This document shows, piece after piece, positions 62,660 to 64,000 of a stretch of DNA of 64,000 bases (position 1 is its first letter; each line of letters begins with the position of its first letter). The position numbers and the translations under genes are program-made. The notes under the pieces were generated by a model. It was given only the letters and a program-made list of their open reading frames with translations. It did no database searches and was not told the DNA's origin. This stretch comes from Negaprion brevirostris (lineage: Eukaryota): NCBI GenBank assembly GCA_030324005.1, contig JARDVH010000160.1, positions 16,836,705 to 16,900,704 on the forward strand, given 5' to 3'.

Positions 62660-62890
62660 ATTACTTAAACAAAGTGAAATCACTATTATATTGTAAAACA
62701 CAACTGCCAATTTGCAGAACAAGGTCCTACAACATAAAATGAAATTAATGATCAGAAACAAATAATGAAACAGTACCAGGAGAGCAACCTATTTTACTTT
62801 GAGAAAGTGCAATTTTTATCCTGTTGCACAGGCAGATCCAGCTTTGGTTTAATATCTCGTCCAAAAAGACTGCAACAACACTGACAATTT
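62660..62890 (-). mobile_element. Deu-SINE (SacSINE1-like) fragment
   Basis: CTGCCAATTTGCAGAACAAGGTCC...ACCAGGAGAGC...GGTTTAATATCTCGTCCAAAAAGAC. Confidence 0.6.
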
Positions 62891-62894
62891 TTAA

Positions 62895-64000
62895 AAATTC
62901 ATGTATGGGATGTGGGCACCACTGACTAGGCCAGCATATTTTCCCATTTTCCATAGACGGTATAGTGGCACAGTAGTTAGCACTGCTGCCTTACAGTGCC
63001 AGGGACTCCAGTTCAATTCCTGCCATGGATAACTATCTGTGTCACGTTTGCACATTCTCCGTGTCTGTGTGGGTTTCCACTGGGTGCTCCAGTTTCCTCC
63101 CACACTCCAAAGATGTGCAGGTTAGGTGGATTGGCCATGCTCAATTGCTCCTTAATGTCGGGAGATTAGCTGGATAAATACTTGGGGTTACAGGGATAGA
63201 CCTGGGTGGGATTGTTGCCGGTGCAGGCCTGATGGGTCAGGTGGCCTCTTTCTTTCTGCATTGTAGGGATTCTATGATTCTAATTGCCCCCGAGAAGGTG
63301 GCGATGAGCTGACTATTTAAACTTCTATAGTCATGTGGTGAAGGAACACCCACTATGCTGTTAGCAAGGATGTTCTAGGATTTTCACCCAGCAATAGTGC
63401 AGGAACCGCAATATATTTTTAATTTAGGATGGTGAGTGACTTGGAGGGAAATTTTCAGGTGGTGATGTTCCCAAGTGCCTGCTGCTCTTGTTCTTTTAGA
63501 TGATAGTGGTCATGGGTTTGGAAGATATTGTCTAAGGAGCCTTGATGAGTTCCTACAGTGCATTTTGGTACATATTGCTGCCATTGTTCGTTGGTAGTGG
63601 AGGGAGCAAATGATTGTGAACAGGTGCACATCAAGTGTATTTTCCTGGATGGTACTGAGCTTCTTCAGAGTTGTTAGAATAACATTTATGCAAGCAAGGA
63701 GAGAGTATTTCATTCATGCTCCTGACTTGTGCCTTGTAGATAGATGGTGGACAGGCTTGGGGAATCAGGAGGTAGGTTACTCACAACAGAATTCCTAGAC
63801 TCAGACCTGCTCTTGTAACCACAGTATTCATATGGCTAGTCCAGTTCAGTTTCTGGTCAATGATAACCCCAGGATGTTGATAGTGGGGGATCTAGAAATG
63901 GTAACACCATTGAATCTCAAGGAGTGATGGTTAAATTTTTTCTTACTAGAGACAGTCATTGTCTGTTACTTGTGTGGCAAAAATGTTATTTTCCACTTGT
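62895..64000 (-). mobile_element. Family B LINE 3' part, split by a V-SINE; runs off the window edge
   Basis: ATGGGATGTGGGCACCACTG...CAGCATATTTTCCCAT, resuming CTAATTGCCCCCGAGAAGGTGG; collinear with 310-990. Confidence 0.85.
62956..63281 (+). mobile_element. Full-length HE1-type V-SINE
   Basis: GACGGTATAGTGGCACAGTAGTTAGCACTGCTGCC...TGCATTGTAGGGATTCTATGATTCT. Confidence 0.95.

Overview
This is eukaryotic, AT-rich, repeat-dense DNA from a draft assembly with many N gaps. The repeats (HE1-type V-SINEs, a SacSINE1-like Deu-SINE, CR1/HER1 LINEs) point to a cartilaginous fish, most likely a shark. No intact protein-coding gene is recognisable. The window holds a full-length processed RPL18A pseudogene, decayed CR1, L2, Rex1/Babar and a second CR1/Jockey-group LINE family, solo LTRs, a PIF/Harbinger transposase relic with small MITEs, and Penelope-like (PLE) termini. 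A CCAAT-rich promoter-like region near 36.4-36.9 kb may drive a spliced minus-strand transcript that I cannot identify. The most notable signals are: (1) a 153-bp partly inverted PLE insertion with an 11-bp target-site duplication (TSD) and a hammerhead ribozyme with an intact core; (2) a LINE that appears to start with a tRNA-like Pol III head and has no ORF1, plus a derivative with its 5' UTR fused to its 3' tail; (3) V-SINEs carrying three different 3' ends. Family names come from recalled consensus motifs rather than database searches, and most repeat boundaries are approximate.
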